Shown: positions 1-8,713 of the stretch, one piece after another
Numbering within the stretch: position 1 is the stretch's first letter
Layout of the letters: each line of letters begins with the position of its first letter
NCBI GenBank assembly: GCA_965116725.1
Contig: OZ220700.1
Span: 564,923 to 628,922 of the forward strand
Length of the DNA stretch: 64,000 nucleotides
Origin: Thermodesulfobacteriota bacterium
Lineage (GTDB): Bacteria; Desulfobacterota_D; UBA1144; Nemesobacterales; Nemesobacteraceae
Reading direction: 5' to 3'
Notes under the pieces: model-generated
Databases searched by the model: none
Told to the model about the DNA's origin: nothing
The model's input: the letters and a program-made list of their open reading frames with translations, nothing else
Made by a program: the position numbers and the translations under genes

Positions 1-215
1 TTTCCCCCGGCTCTGAGACACTTCTGGGAAGAAACCGCTCTTTTGAAATCCCTGGTCTCATTCCCAGTGAAAACATTTTTGAACTGAACCATCCCTGCGT
101 TGGTAAAAAGGAGGGTAGGATCGTTCTCCGGTATAAGAATGGAACTGCGCACCGGTTCGTGTCCCCTTTCGGAGAAATACTCGATAAATTCTCTTCTAAC
201 CTCGTATCCTTTCAT
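1..215 (-). CDS. alaS: Alanine--tRNA ligase, N-terminal fragment (gene runs off the window start)
   Basis: Reverse-strand translation from ATG (cat at 213-215) gives [51 protein letters not shown]...KCLRAGG. This matches the canonical AlaRS N-terminal motifs ([26 protein letters not shown] region). Not in the ORF track because it is open-ended. Confidence 0.7.
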   Translation of the reverse strand, partial: MKGYEVRREFIEYFSERGHEPVRSSILIPENDPTLLFTNAGMVQFKNVFTGNETRDFKRAVSSQKCLRAGG

Positions 216-349
216 CTGACAAAAATCCCGGGCATACAGTACGGTGAACCGTTATTGGCTAAGAAGCCGGTTTCCAGCCCGGATGAGAAAATATAACAGG
301 AATGGTAGAAAACTGAATTGAAAGAGCGGAGCAAAGCAAGGAAAGAGCT

Positions 350-1768
350 CTATTTTCCGGTCCGCTGCAATGCTTCTTCCTCAACCCCGGTAACGGCGTA
401 ACAGAGATTCCCATCGACCTTTTCACGTCTCACTTCGAGATAATCGCTTGCGCCCTCGCGGAAACCGGTCGTAACAAACACACTCCATGCCCTCGCTCCA
501 TTGCAAAGAGCCTTGGCCTCGTCCACAAAGGGTTTTGCAAGCGCGAAAACATCCGATTCATCTGACACCGGCAAATCAGCCGAGGAAATGCCCATCTTGA
601 GCTTTATATCCGACCGGGTAGAGACTTTCTGACCATCGACAACCCCGGCGAAAAGCTGCATCATCTCAACCGCGCAGCACACGCAATTGAGCTTTGCAGC
701 GGGTCCGGGATCGGGGTTGGTGAAAAAAGCCACCACCTCATCGCGAAGTATGGCCTCTACGGTTCCTCCGAAGGAGCCTATAGTGGTTGAAACGGACTTT
801 CTGTAATTGGCCGTAAGAGAGTTGACACTGGATGGCGAAACATCTTCAATCAGGGTTTCAAAATCCGCGATCTTTACGACGAGTATGCTGATATCTACCT
901 TTTTCCCCTCGGAATCCGCAATCTCGGTAACGGCGGAGGGAGCCTCTTGTTCAGGTTCGGCATCCTCTTCTTCAACATGCACGATTTCCACCAGGCCCTC
1001 ATCAAACGAATCTTGGGGAGCCTCAAATGAAGAAACATCAGAAGATTGCTCCTCTCTTAAGACTATCTTCGGCCGGAAATCCGTCGGCACTTCATCCGAA
1101 CGGTCAAAGTCCGCATCTTCCAAATCCTCCGTGTCGTCCCGGTCGGCCGACCCGCCTTCAAGCGAAGAGGCCATTTCGTTGAATTCACGGCAAAGCCACT
1201 GAACCCCCGCCCCCGCAATGAGCGAAGACCGTCCATCCAGGCGGACCGAGTAATCTCCGCTGGCAACAGAACCTACAGCTTCAGAGAATTCCCCCATGAA
1301 CCGGAATGCCCGATCACTTATAAAACGTATCAGGGAAGTAAAAACAACTGCCATCAGGGAAGCGAAAATGAGGCTCCAGAGCAAAGCGTCAAGGTGGAAG
1401 CTTTCCCCAACAGAACTTCTCAGACCCAAAAGGACAGTCTTTCCCTCAGGTCCCTTGAGGGTGAGCTTCTCAAAACCCTTGTCATCCTGAAAACCGAAAC
1501 TCTTCTCAAGCACCCCGTTATGATCAAGCAGCCTTACGTACCCGACATTGTTTCTCGTATCAAGAATGCTTCTTGCGCGGTCGGCGAAAAAAACTTCCTC
1601 GCTGAACACTTCTTCCATCTCCTCAACTACGAGGTCGGCGTACCTATCCGGGAAATAAAAATACTGGAACGCGAAAACCGCCAGAAATGAGAGCAGGAGA
1701 CAGAAAATAAATACGGGAAAGAATGGAACTAGATTGAAAGATTTTTTCCGGTTTTTCAAAGGACTCAA
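350..1768 (-). CDS. Membrane-anchored class III adenylate/guanylate cyclase with two TM helices, periplasmic loop, HAMP linker, acidic low-complexity spacer and C-terminal cyclase homology domain
   Basis: N-terminal hydrophobic helices (FFPVFIFCLLLSFLAVFAF, LLWSLIFASLMAVVFTSLI). HAMP-like segment (SDRAFRFMGEFSEAVGSVASGDYSVRLDG). D/E-rich spacer. C-terminal segment with cyclase-homology-domain features: ILVVKIADFETL (first metal Asp), RDEVVAFF (second Asp), KMGIS. Assignment is motif level only. Confidence 0.55.
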   Translation of the reverse strand: MSPLKNRKKSFNLVPFFPVFIFCLLLSFLAVFAFQYFYFPDRYADLVVEEMEEVFSEEVFFADRARSILDTRNNVGYVRLLDHNGVLEKSFGFQDDKGFEKLTLKGPEGKTVLLGLRSSVGESFHLDALLWSLIFASLMAVVFTSLIRFISDRAFRFMGEFSEAVGSVASGDYSVRLDGRSSLIAGAGVQWLCREFNEMASSLEGGSADRDDTEDLEDADFDRSDEVPTDFRPKIVLREEQSSDVSSFEAPQDSFDEGLVEIVHVEEEDAEPEQEAPSAVTEIADSEGKKVDISILVVKIADFETLIEDVSPSSVNSLTANYRKSVSTTIGSFGGTVEAILRDEVVAFFTNPDPGPAAKLNCVCCAVEMMQLFAGVVDGQKVSTRSDIKLKMGISSADLPVSDESDVFALAKPFVDEAKALCNGARAWSVFVTTGFREGASDYLEVRREKVDGNLCYAVTGVEEEALQRTGK

Positions 1769-1870
1769 GGTAAATTTCCGTCTAACTTATCCAGAAGGAC
1801 AACATGCCGGTAAAAGTATTCAGTAATTATAATAGGAGAAAAACAAAAAACTAGTTTTACGGGGAACCGC

Positions 1871-2125
1871 TCAGGCAGGAACTACGGAAACCTTTGTTCT
1901 GCCCTTTCCGGATTTCTGAAATTTCACAACCCCGTCAGACATCGCGAATATCGTGTAATCCTTTCCAAGCCCCACGTTCAGACCAGGCTTAATGCTGGTA
2001 CCACGCTGCCTTACTATTATGTTCCCCTTGACAACCGGCTGGCCTCCGAATTTCTTTACGCCAAGCCTTCTGCCTATTGAATCCCTTCCGTTCTTGGAAC
2101 TTCCGCCGCCTTTTTTGGTTGACAT
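1871..2125 (-). CDS. rpmA: 50S ribosomal protein L27
   Basis: 84 aa. [11 protein letters not shown]...[11 protein letters not shown]...VRQRGT is the L27 signature. Sits immediately downstream of L21 as in the conserved rplU-rpmA operon. Confidence 0.9.
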   Translation of the reverse strand: MSTKKGGGSSKNGRDSIGRRLGVKKFGGQPVVKGNIIVRQRGTSIKPGLNVGLGKDYTIFAMSDGVVKFQKSGKGRTKVSVVPA

Positions 2126-2144
2126 GCTTACTCGCCTCCGCGAA

Positions 2145-2459
2145 TCAGGCGCTTATGCCCGTAATCTCGACGCTGGTCAGGTTCTGGCGATGGCCCGCCT
2201 TTTTCCTGTACCCTTTCCTTCTTTTGAACTTGAAGACTACTATCTTCTCGCCCTTTTTCTGCTTTACTATTCTACCCTCAACCCTGGCACTTTCAACAAC
2301 AGGGCTACCCACCTTAACGTCCTCTCCGTCAGCGGACACAAGCAGAACTTCTTCAAAGTTCACCTCTTCGCCAGGTTCGCCGGAGATTTTCTCTATATCA
2401 ATAACGTCACCCGGTTTGACTATATACTGTTTTCCACCGGTCTTTATAACAGCGTGCAT
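2145..2459 (-). CDS. rplU: 50S ribosomal protein L21
   Basis: 104 aa. [12 protein letters not shown]...VKPGD start typical of L21. Adjacent to rpmA. Confidence 0.9.
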   Translation of the reverse strand: MHAVIKTGGKQYIVKPGDVIDIEKISGEPGEEVNFEEVLLVSADGEDVKVGSPVVESARVEGRIVKQKKGEKIVVFKFKRRKGYRKKAGHRQNLTSVEITGISA

Positions 2460-2513
2460 AACATCCTCCGCACTTTATGGAAGCACTATTTTGCCTGTTA
2501 GAAAATTCTTTTG

Positions 2514-3095
2514 TCAAATGCCGCTCCGAAGATTCCATGTCCTGAGGCTGGTGTAGCGGGATCCCCGGGGTCCGAGTTCACTTTGAACAAGCCCGACTCT
2601 TGTAATGGAGAACTCCGTTTTGTCCGGTCGAGGAATCCTCCTGATTCCCTCGAAATCCCCTCTGATCCTGCCCAGAGTCACGTGCGGGATGAATTTTCTT
2701 TTCTCCATCTCAAACCCGTTCTGCAGGACCGCACTCTGCACTTTGTCAAAAAGAGACTGGAACTGCTCGTTTTTCACAAGACCCAAGGCCAACACTCTGG
2801 GATTTCTCGAGCCCGGAAATAGGCAAAAATCGTCAAATCCAGACTCAACACTCCCCGAACCGTAAACCGCGGAACCTACATCGGCTGATATGTCCTCAAG
2901 GCGTGACTCATCAACATCTCCAAGAAACCTGAGCGTGACGTGAAGTTTCTCCTTCGGTTCCCACCTTACCCCTCGAAGAAAACTCCTAAGCGACTGGACG
3001 TAGCGAAAAAGCACATCTTTTGTTTCCTCGGGAAGAAAGGCAGCGATAAAAAGTCTCAAGAGCAAAGCCTCCACATCCGCTACTTCACGCACCAA
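2514..3095 (-). CDS. thpR: RNA 2',3'-cyclic phosphodiesterase (2H phosphoesterase, ThpR/LigT family)
   Basis: Two H-x-T-x motifs (HVTLRFLG and HVTLGRIRG) at the expected spacing of the 2H fold. ~190 aa. The annotated start overlaps the tolB stop by 16 bp, so the true start may be further downstream. Confidence 0.65.
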   Translation of the reverse strand: MVREVADVEALLLRLFIAAFLPEETKDVLFRYVQSLRSFLRGVRWEPKEKLHVTLRFLGDVDESRLEDISADVGSAVYGSGSVESGFDDFCLFPGSRNPRVLALGLVKNEQFQSLFDKVQSAVLQNGFEMEKRKFIPHVTLGRIRGDFEGIRRIPRPDKTEFSITRVGLVQSELGPRGSRYTSLRTWNLRSGI

Positions 3096-4384
3096 GTGGA
3101 GAACGAATCATTTTTGCCCCGGGAAAGCGGAAGCTTGTTCTCACCGTTTAAGTACATGATGTATACCTGCCTTTTCCCCAGCCTCTTTGAAGAGAAAGTG
3201 ATGTAGTGACCATCGGGAGACCACGAGGGATGTTCGTTTCTTCCCGAAGAGGTAAGCCTCTGCTGGCCCCGGCCGTCAGGTCCTACGGAGTAGATGTCGG
3301 CCTTGGATTTTTTCACTTTCACAAACGCTATACGGTTAACTAAGTGGCTTGGAGACCAGACCGGGTCGGTATTGTAACCCTCCGAGGTAATTCTTACCGC
3401 TCGACCCCCCTCGGAGCTTATCACGTATATGTTCGGCGCTCCCGCCCGATCCGACACAAAGGCAATTTTTCTGCTGTCGGGAGACCAAGTCGGGGAGATA
3501 TCTATGGCGGGAGACTTGGTAAGTCGCTTAAGTATTTCCCCTGAGGACGAGGCTATGTATATGTCCCCGTTACGGCTAAACGCCACGCGGCTGCCGTCTG
3601 GAGACCAGCTCGGAGAATTGTCGAGGTGAATGCCCCGGGTTATTCTCCTGCCCTCAGCGGGGAGGCGGGTGGTCTTGAAATTCAGCAAGTAGACGTCATG
3701 GTCCCAGCTTCTGTCGGAAGTGAAAACCACTTGGCTTCCGTCAGGTGAACAGTCAGGAGAGAGAACCGAAGATCCGTGATTGGTAAGCCTTTTTGCGTTG
3801 TGCCCGTCGTAATCCATGATAAAGAGATCACTTCCATGACCGTCCCTTCTGACAAACACGATCTCGGAGTCAAAAAAGCCGTCGAGGCCGGTAAGCTCCC
3901 TCATAAGCTCACCCGCAAACTTGTGCACCACATTCCTTATGTGGCGCGGAGACGCCACGTATCTCCTTCTCATGCGCTCCTGCCTGCTGGGCACATCATA
4001 AACTATGAGATCGTAAGAGACCTCCCGAGGCGAAACATCAAAATTTCCGCTCACCAGATACCTGGTTTTCTGAGCATCTAAATATTCGAAATCTATATCC
4101 TCAAAAGAGGATGAAAACAGTATGTTCACCTGGCGGACATCAAAAAGGGCCGCGTTGGTAAGATCATTCTTCAGGACATCAGTGAAATTCTTCCCGTATA
4201 CGCTTAAATCCCCCTTGGCCTTAAGCACCGCGACGGCGATCGGTATTTTTTTTATCGGAGAAGCAACCGGGGGAAGCTGTATCTGCGCGGTTGCCAAGCA
4301 GGGAATAAACAAGAGCGTAAAGAAAACCGCAAGCGCTGATCTCATCTTTTTTTCTTTCCAGGTCCCGAGGCCGCGAACGGACAA
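3080..4384 (-). CDS. tolB: Tol-Pal system beta-propeller protein TolB
   Basis: Signal peptide (MRSALAVFFTLLFIPCLATAQ; likely true start at the internal Met near 4345). Repeated SPDG/SPDS blades (SPDGSQVVFTSDR, SPDGSRVAFS, SPDSRKIAFVSDR, SPDGHYITFSS) typical of the TolB C-terminal propeller. Confidence 0.8.
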   Translation of the reverse strand: MSVRGLGTWKEKKMRSALAVFFTLLFIPCLATAQIQLPPVASPIKKIPIAVAVLKAKGDLSVYGKNFTDVLKNDLTNAALFDVRQVNILFSSSFEDIDFEYLDAQKTRYLVSGNFDVSPREVSYDLIVYDVPSRQERMRRRYVASPRHIRNVVHKFAGELMRELTGLDGFFDSEIVFVRRDGHGSDLFIMDYDGHNAKRLTNHGSSVLSPDCSPDGSQVVFTSDRSWDHDVYLLNFKTTRLPAEGRRITRGIHLDNSPSWSPDGSRVAFSRNGDIYIASSSGEILKRLTKSPAIDISPTWSPDSRKIAFVSDRAGAPNIYVISSEGGRAVRITSEGYNTDPVWSPSHLVNRIAFVKVKKSKADIYSVGPDGRGQQRLTSSGRNEHPSWSPDGHYITFSSKRLGKRQVYIMYLNGENKLPLSRGKNDSFSTWCVK

Positions 4385-4420
4385 TGATCTCGCGGCAAAG
4401 ACATTTCCTGAGACAAAACT

Positions 4421-5017
4421 TCAGTCAGTCAGTTCGACGTTCCAGTAAGACATATCCACAAAGTTCAGAAAAGGTTCCCACTCCTCGTATCTCACGGTTT
4501 TAAAATGGAGGTTGGAAAAAATACTGGCAGCGGGCTTCACAGGTTTGGTGAGCAGTCTCATGTTTGCCTGCTCGGGAGTCTTTCCTCCCTTTTTCCTGTT
4601 GCACTTAACACAACAGCACACTATGTTGTCCCAGGTGCTTCTTCCGCCCATTGACCGCGGAATCACATGGTCAAGGGTAAGATCTCTTTTCCGAAAAGCC
4701 TTCGCGCAGTACTGGCATGTATCCGCGTCCCTTCTGAAAATGTTTATCCTGTTGAACTTAGGCTGCTTTCTGTGATACCCCTCATACCTCACGAGAATTA
4801 TCACCCGGGGAGCCTTTATGACGTTGGTAACGGTCCTTACGCAGTCTTCGGCGTCGACCGAACGGATATCCTTCCACGAATCGAAGTCAAAGGTCTCATA
4901 CTCCCTGTTTACGGCCTTCGCAGCACCGCCGTAAAGAAGGATAAAGGCCCTTTTCAAGCTCGTTACCGAGACAGGGACGAAAAACCTGTTCAAAACCAGT
5001 ACCGGTGACTGAAGCAT
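4421..5017 (-). CDS. HNH endonuclease family protein
   Basis: CQYC...DHVIPRSMGG...WDNIVCCCVKCNRKKG matches the HNH CX2C...H...N...CX2C zinc-finger/catalytic core. 198 aa. Confidence 0.65.
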   Translation of the reverse strand: MLQSPVLVLNRFFVPVSVTSLKRAFILLYGGAAKAVNREYETFDFDSWKDIRSVDAEDCVRTVTNVIKAPRVIILVRYEGYHRKQPKFNRINIFRRDADTCQYCAKAFRKRDLTLDHVIPRSMGGRSTWDNIVCCCVKCNRKKGGKTPEQANMRLLTKPVKPAASIFSNLHFKTVRYEEWEPFLNFVDMSYWNVELTD

Positions 5018-5132
5018 ATTAGCCGACTAATTTACCGGCTTGCGGGGGTTATTCAAGCACACAACAACACTTTTATTTTCCTTAACTGTTCGTTAAAATT
5101 GTCATCGCCCAGCCAAAAGGAAGTCTCTTAAC

Positions 5133-5261
5133 ATGGAAATGAAAACCAACCTGCTGATTCAGATAATCCTCTGCACAGCACTTTTTCTGTCCATATTTCT
5201 TCTCGTAAGGTCAAACTCCGAAGCGGAAAAAGAACTTGAATCCGGAGAAGAGAAGAAATAA
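5133..5261 (+). CDS. Small single-pass membrane protein (42 aa), translationally coupled to lgt
   Basis: ATG at 5133 preceded by aaaaggaag 9-10 nt upstream. Encodes MEMKTNLLIQIILCTALFLSIFLLVRSNSEAEKELESGEEKK. Stop TAA (5259-5261) abuts the lgt ATG (5262). One hydrophobic helix plus a charged tail. Below the ORF-track size cutoff. Confidence 0.35.
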   Translation: MEMKTNLLIQIILCTALFLSIFLLVRSNSEAEKELESGEEKK

Positions 5262-6020
5262 ATGTTCCCTGAACTTCTCAGAATAGGCGATTTTCATATT
5301 ACATCCTTCGGGGCGATGGTCGCCGTCTCTTTTCTTGTCGCTTTCTGGGTTTCCGGGATGGAATTTGAAAGAAAAGGGATGTCCAGGCAACTTCACGAAC
5401 AGGGTTTTCTCGCCTGCCTTGTGGGAGGCATACTCGGAGCCAAGCTTCTTTTCCTGATCGAGAACGTTCCCCTAAGCGACCTTATCTCCTACCCCATGCA
5501 CTATCTTCTTCTAAGGGGGGGACTTACCTTCTACGGAGGATTTTTTCTGGCTCTCTTCGCCTTTTTCGTACTAACAAAAAAACATAAAGAAAGTTTCTGG
5601 AAAGTTCTTGACGCCACCGCCCCGGCTCTCGCAATAGCTTACGCGACTGGAAGGGTCGGCTGTCTTCTAGTTGGAGACGATTACGGGATCGCCTCCACAC
5701 TCCCTTGGGCGATGCCGTTTCCAAAGGGTTCCCCCCCGACACTTGAGGCGGTTCATCCGACTCAGATCTATGAAACGATCATAATGTCTCTTGTGTTCTT
5801 AGTGCTGTGGAAGATAAGGAAAAAGGAAAGGCCTGTCGGCTGGCTCGCCAGCATATATCTGGGACTCGCGGGTCTTGAAAGGTTCTTTGTCGAGTTCATA
5901 AGAAACACCACAGAAAGCCCGGTATCCGGCCTTTCTGTAGCGCAGGTAATGGCACTTGCGCTGATTCTTGTCGGAGCGCTTAAATACATATCTTTACGCA
6001 GACACAAGGAAGCGTCTTGA
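5262..6020 (+). CDS. lgt: Prolipoprotein diacylglyceryl transferase
   Basis: 252 aa polytopic membrane protein with the Lgt signature GRVGCLLVGDDYG and an MFPELLRIGDF...FG start. Confidence 0.85.
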   Translation: MFPELLRIGDFHITSFGAMVAVSFLVAFWVSGMEFERKGMSRQLHEQGFLACLVGGILGAKLLFLIENVPLSDLISYPMHYLLLRGGLTFYGGFFLALFAFFVLTKKHKESFWKVLDATAPALAIAYATGRVGCLLVGDDYGIASTLPWAMPFPKGSPPTLEAVHPTQIYETIIMSLVFLVLWKIRKKERPVGWLASIYLGLAGLERFFVEFIRNTTESPVSGLSVAQVMALALILVGALKYISLRRHKEAS

Positions 6021-7626
6021 ACCCGCAGTTTCTCCGTTACACATGAAAACGATCCGGATAACCAGACCGACCGGAAACGAAATCCTAGCCGCAGGATCCG
6101 GGGTGCTTTTTTCCGCATCCCTTTTTTCAAGCACTCTCGGCGTACTGGGCTGGGTATGCTTTGCCCCAATGCTTCTGGCGCTTCAGGGGAAAAGCGCTTC
6201 GCAGTCACTTCGACTGGGCATGATATCCGGGACATCCATGAATCTCGTCTCGCTTTACTGGCTCGTCGGGACTCTTAACAGGTTCGGGGAAATCCCCCTG
6301 ATCCCAAGCATGGCGGCCGTGTTTCTGTTCTGTGTGTACTCATCGCTTCAGTTCGGAATTTTCACTTGGTATATATCGAGATTCGGACTTTGCCGGAGAA
6401 AAAGTGTCGCAAACGCGCTCATAATCTCTTTTGCCTGGGTGGTCGCAGAGTTTTTCTTCCCGGTTCTTTTCCCCTACGGAATAGGAGTCTCCCAAGGCTA
6501 CTACCCGAAGGTAATACAGGTGGTTGACACCCTCGGGGTGAACTTTCTGGGATTCCTGATGTTTTTTGCAAACGTATCGGTTTTCTACCTCGTTGACGAC
6601 TTGCTGCGGAGAAAAAAACCCGTGCTTGCCGCACCCGCAATCTCGATTGCAATAATCGCAATCGTGCTCGGCTACGGATCTTTCAGAATAAACGAAATTG
6701 AGGCTTTCCTTAAAACAGAGCCCCGGGTGGAAATCGGGATGGTTCAGGCGAATTTTGATTACGCGGAAAAAAACCTCGACAATGAACCGGTCATAACGGA
6801 AAAACACAGGGAGATGTCGCGAAGACTTCCGGAGGCAGACCTCGTGATCTGGCCGGAGACATCGGTTCAGTACTGGTTTCCCAAAGACAAATCGTCATAC
6901 AGAATTGAAGACCAAACAGACATAGTGCCGGCAGGGCACCCAGCGCACTTTCTCATCGGAGGACTTTCTTTTACCCGGGATCCCATCCTGCTTGAGGACG
7001 GCTGGGATGAAGAGGACCACAAAAAATACAACACGGCCTTCCTAGTCGACCCGCAAAGCAATATCCTCAGCCGCTACAGCAAGACCCGGCTGTTTCTTCT
7101 GGGCGAATATTTCCCCTTGATAAACGAGGAGCTTAAGTTCCTCAAAAGGGTCTTCCCCATGATGGGAGATCTCACTCCGGGAGAAGGTCTCAGAGTGCTT
7201 GAGGTTCCGGAAAAAAACATGAGAATAGGACCCCTTATATGCTATGAGGACATAGTGGCGAAGATTTCGAGCGAATACGTGAAAATGGGAGCCAACCTGC
7301 TCGTTAACCTCACAAACGACGCTTGGTTCGGAAGGAGTATCGCTCCCTACCAGCACCTGCTCCTCTCAATTCCAAGGGCAGTTGAAACGCGCCGTTACCT
7401 GGTAAGATCAACAAACAGCGGCGTAAGCGCGATCGTATCTCCTACCGGAAAGATAGAGGCCCGCACGGGGATATTCACTACGGAAAATCTTGAGGGAGAG
7501 GTAGTTCTGATCGATTCGCTTGAAACTCTCTACTCGAGGGTAGGAGACATCTTCGCGTGGATAGCCCTTGCGGCGACAATTCTTTTCGTGGTGAAGAGCT
7601 ACTTAGGAAGAAAATATGCTGACTAG
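5968..7626 (+). CDS. lnt: Apolipoprotein N-acyltransferase
   Basis: N-terminal multi-TM region plus C-terminal nitrilase/CN-hydrolase domain (ICYEDIV, catalytic Cys context). Directly follows lgt. The track start overlaps lgt by 53 bp; the likely true start is the ATG at 6043 (MKTIRITRP...). Confidence 0.8.
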   Translation: MSERLNTYLYADTRKRLEPAVSPLHMKTIRITRPTGNEILAAGSGVLFSASLFSSTLGVLGWVCFAPMLLALQGKSASQSLRLGMISGTSMNLVSLYWLVGTLNRFGEIPLIPSMAAVFLFCVYSSLQFGIFTWYISRFGLCRRKSVANALIISFAWVVAEFFFPVLFPYGIGVSQGYYPKVIQVVDTLGVNFLGFLMFFANVSVFYLVDDLLRRKKPVLAAPAISIAIIAIVLGYGSFRINEIEAFLKTEPRVEIGMVQANFDYAEKNLDNEPVITEKHREMSRRLPEADLVIWPETSVQYWFPKDKSSYRIEDQTDIVPAGHPAHFLIGGLSFTRDPILLEDGWDEEDHKKYNTAFLVDPQSNILSRYSKTRLFLLGEYFPLINEELKFLKRVFPMMGDLTPGEGLRVLEVPEKNMRIGPLICYEDIVAKISSEYVKMGANLLVNLTNDAWFGRSIAPYQHLLLSIPRAVETRRYLVRSTNSGVSAIVSPTGKIEARTGIFTTENLEGEVVLIDSLETLYSRVGDIFAWIALAATILFVVKSYLGRKYAD

Positions 7627-8676
7627 GGCTTGGATGAGCTGATCGTTCTCCTCTCTAGTTCCAACCGTGATCCTGAGACAGTTTGCAAGGCGTCCCTCTC
7701 CCTTGAAGCGACGGACCAGAATATCGTTTTTTACAAGCTCTTCGAAAAGAAAATCCGCGTCCGGAACCCGTACCAGGAAAAAATTCGCGTCCGTTGGATA
7801 AACATGAATTCCCTCAATTCGCTCAAGCGACGCGCGAACTTTTTCTCTCTCGCTCAATATAAGGCTTATCTTCCGTTCAGTAGCCTCGGGGTTTTCAAGA
7901 GCAAAAGACATTACATCCTGACTAAAAGAATTTATGTTATAGGGAAGACGCGCCTTGTTCACTTCGTCTGCGATCTGCGGTCGTGCAAAGAATATTCCAA
8001 GTCTCGCCCCCGCAAACCCTATCTTGGACATTGTTCTCAGTACCAGCAGGTTTTCATATTTATCTATATGGGGAATATAGCTTTTTTTCGAAAAATCACA
8101 GTAGGCCTCGTCGACAACCACCGCGCCCCCGCTTGCCTCAAGGATCTCGAGCACTTTTTCTTCCGAAAAAGAGTTACCGGTAGGATTGTTCGGAGTGGCG
8201 AGAAAAACGATGTCAGGATCCTGCGCGCGAATCATCTCCAAGGTCTGTTCGAGATCTATGTCAAAATTCTCATCGAGTTCAACCTCCGTCACCTGTTTTC
8301 CCAGAATAAGCGACGTGATCCTGTACATTGAGAAGGTCGGGGACGGCACGAGCACGCGGCCGCTTTTCCCCCCAAGCACCTCGACGATCATCTGTATGAT
8401 CTCGTCTGAGCCATTGCCAAGCAATATCCCATCCATAGGGAAGCCTACAGCGCGGGAAAGGGAAGTTCTTACCTCCAGAGCCTCGGGGTCCGGATAACGA
8501 TTTACTGGAAGCTTCGCCAGCCGTTCGGAAAGCGCAATCTGCTCTTCTTCCTCAAGATCATAAGGACTTTCGTTTCCATCAAGCTTCACCGAGCAGTCAA
8601 TCCTCGGCACCGAGTAAGCAGATATTGACCTTACGTTCTTAGAAATCCTGCTTTTAATTGAGTCTATGTCAGACAC
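7603..8676 (-). CDS. hisC: Histidinol-phosphate aminotransferase
   Basis: Class II aminotransferase motifs (NPTGNSF, PLP-lysine context RTMSKIGFAGARLG). 357 aa. Adjacent to hisD. Confidence 0.85.
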   Translation of the reverse strand: MSDIDSIKSRISKNVRSISAYSVPRIDCSVKLDGNESPYDLEEEEQIALSERLAKLPVNRYPDPEALEVRTSLSRAVGFPMDGILLGNGSDEIIQMIVEVLGGKSGRVLVPSPTFSMYRITSLILGKQVTEVELDENFDIDLEQTLEMIRAQDPDIVFLATPNNPTGNSFSEEKVLEILEASGGAVVVDEAYCDFSKKSYIPHIDKYENLLVLRTMSKIGFAGARLGIFFARPQIADEVNKARLPYNINSFSQDVMSFALENPEATERKISLILSEREKVRASLERIEGIHVYPTDANFFLVRVPDADFLFEELVKNDILVRRFKGEGRLANCLRITVGTREENDQLIQALVSIFSS

Positions 8677-8713
8677 CGGAGTCTCCCGTCCTAAACAGTA
8701 GCGTGAACATTAC

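Noticed and set aside
1769-1870. Palindrome AAAACTAGTTTT followed by T-run downstream of rpmA as an intrinsic terminator
   Set aside because: The stem would be A:U only (4-5 bp) with a 2-4 nt loop. Too weak to call.
7630-8497. Plus-strand ORFs (233 aa, 103 aa) opposite hisC
   Set aside because: Antisense to HisC, which has clear class II aminotransferase motifs. Shadow ORFs.
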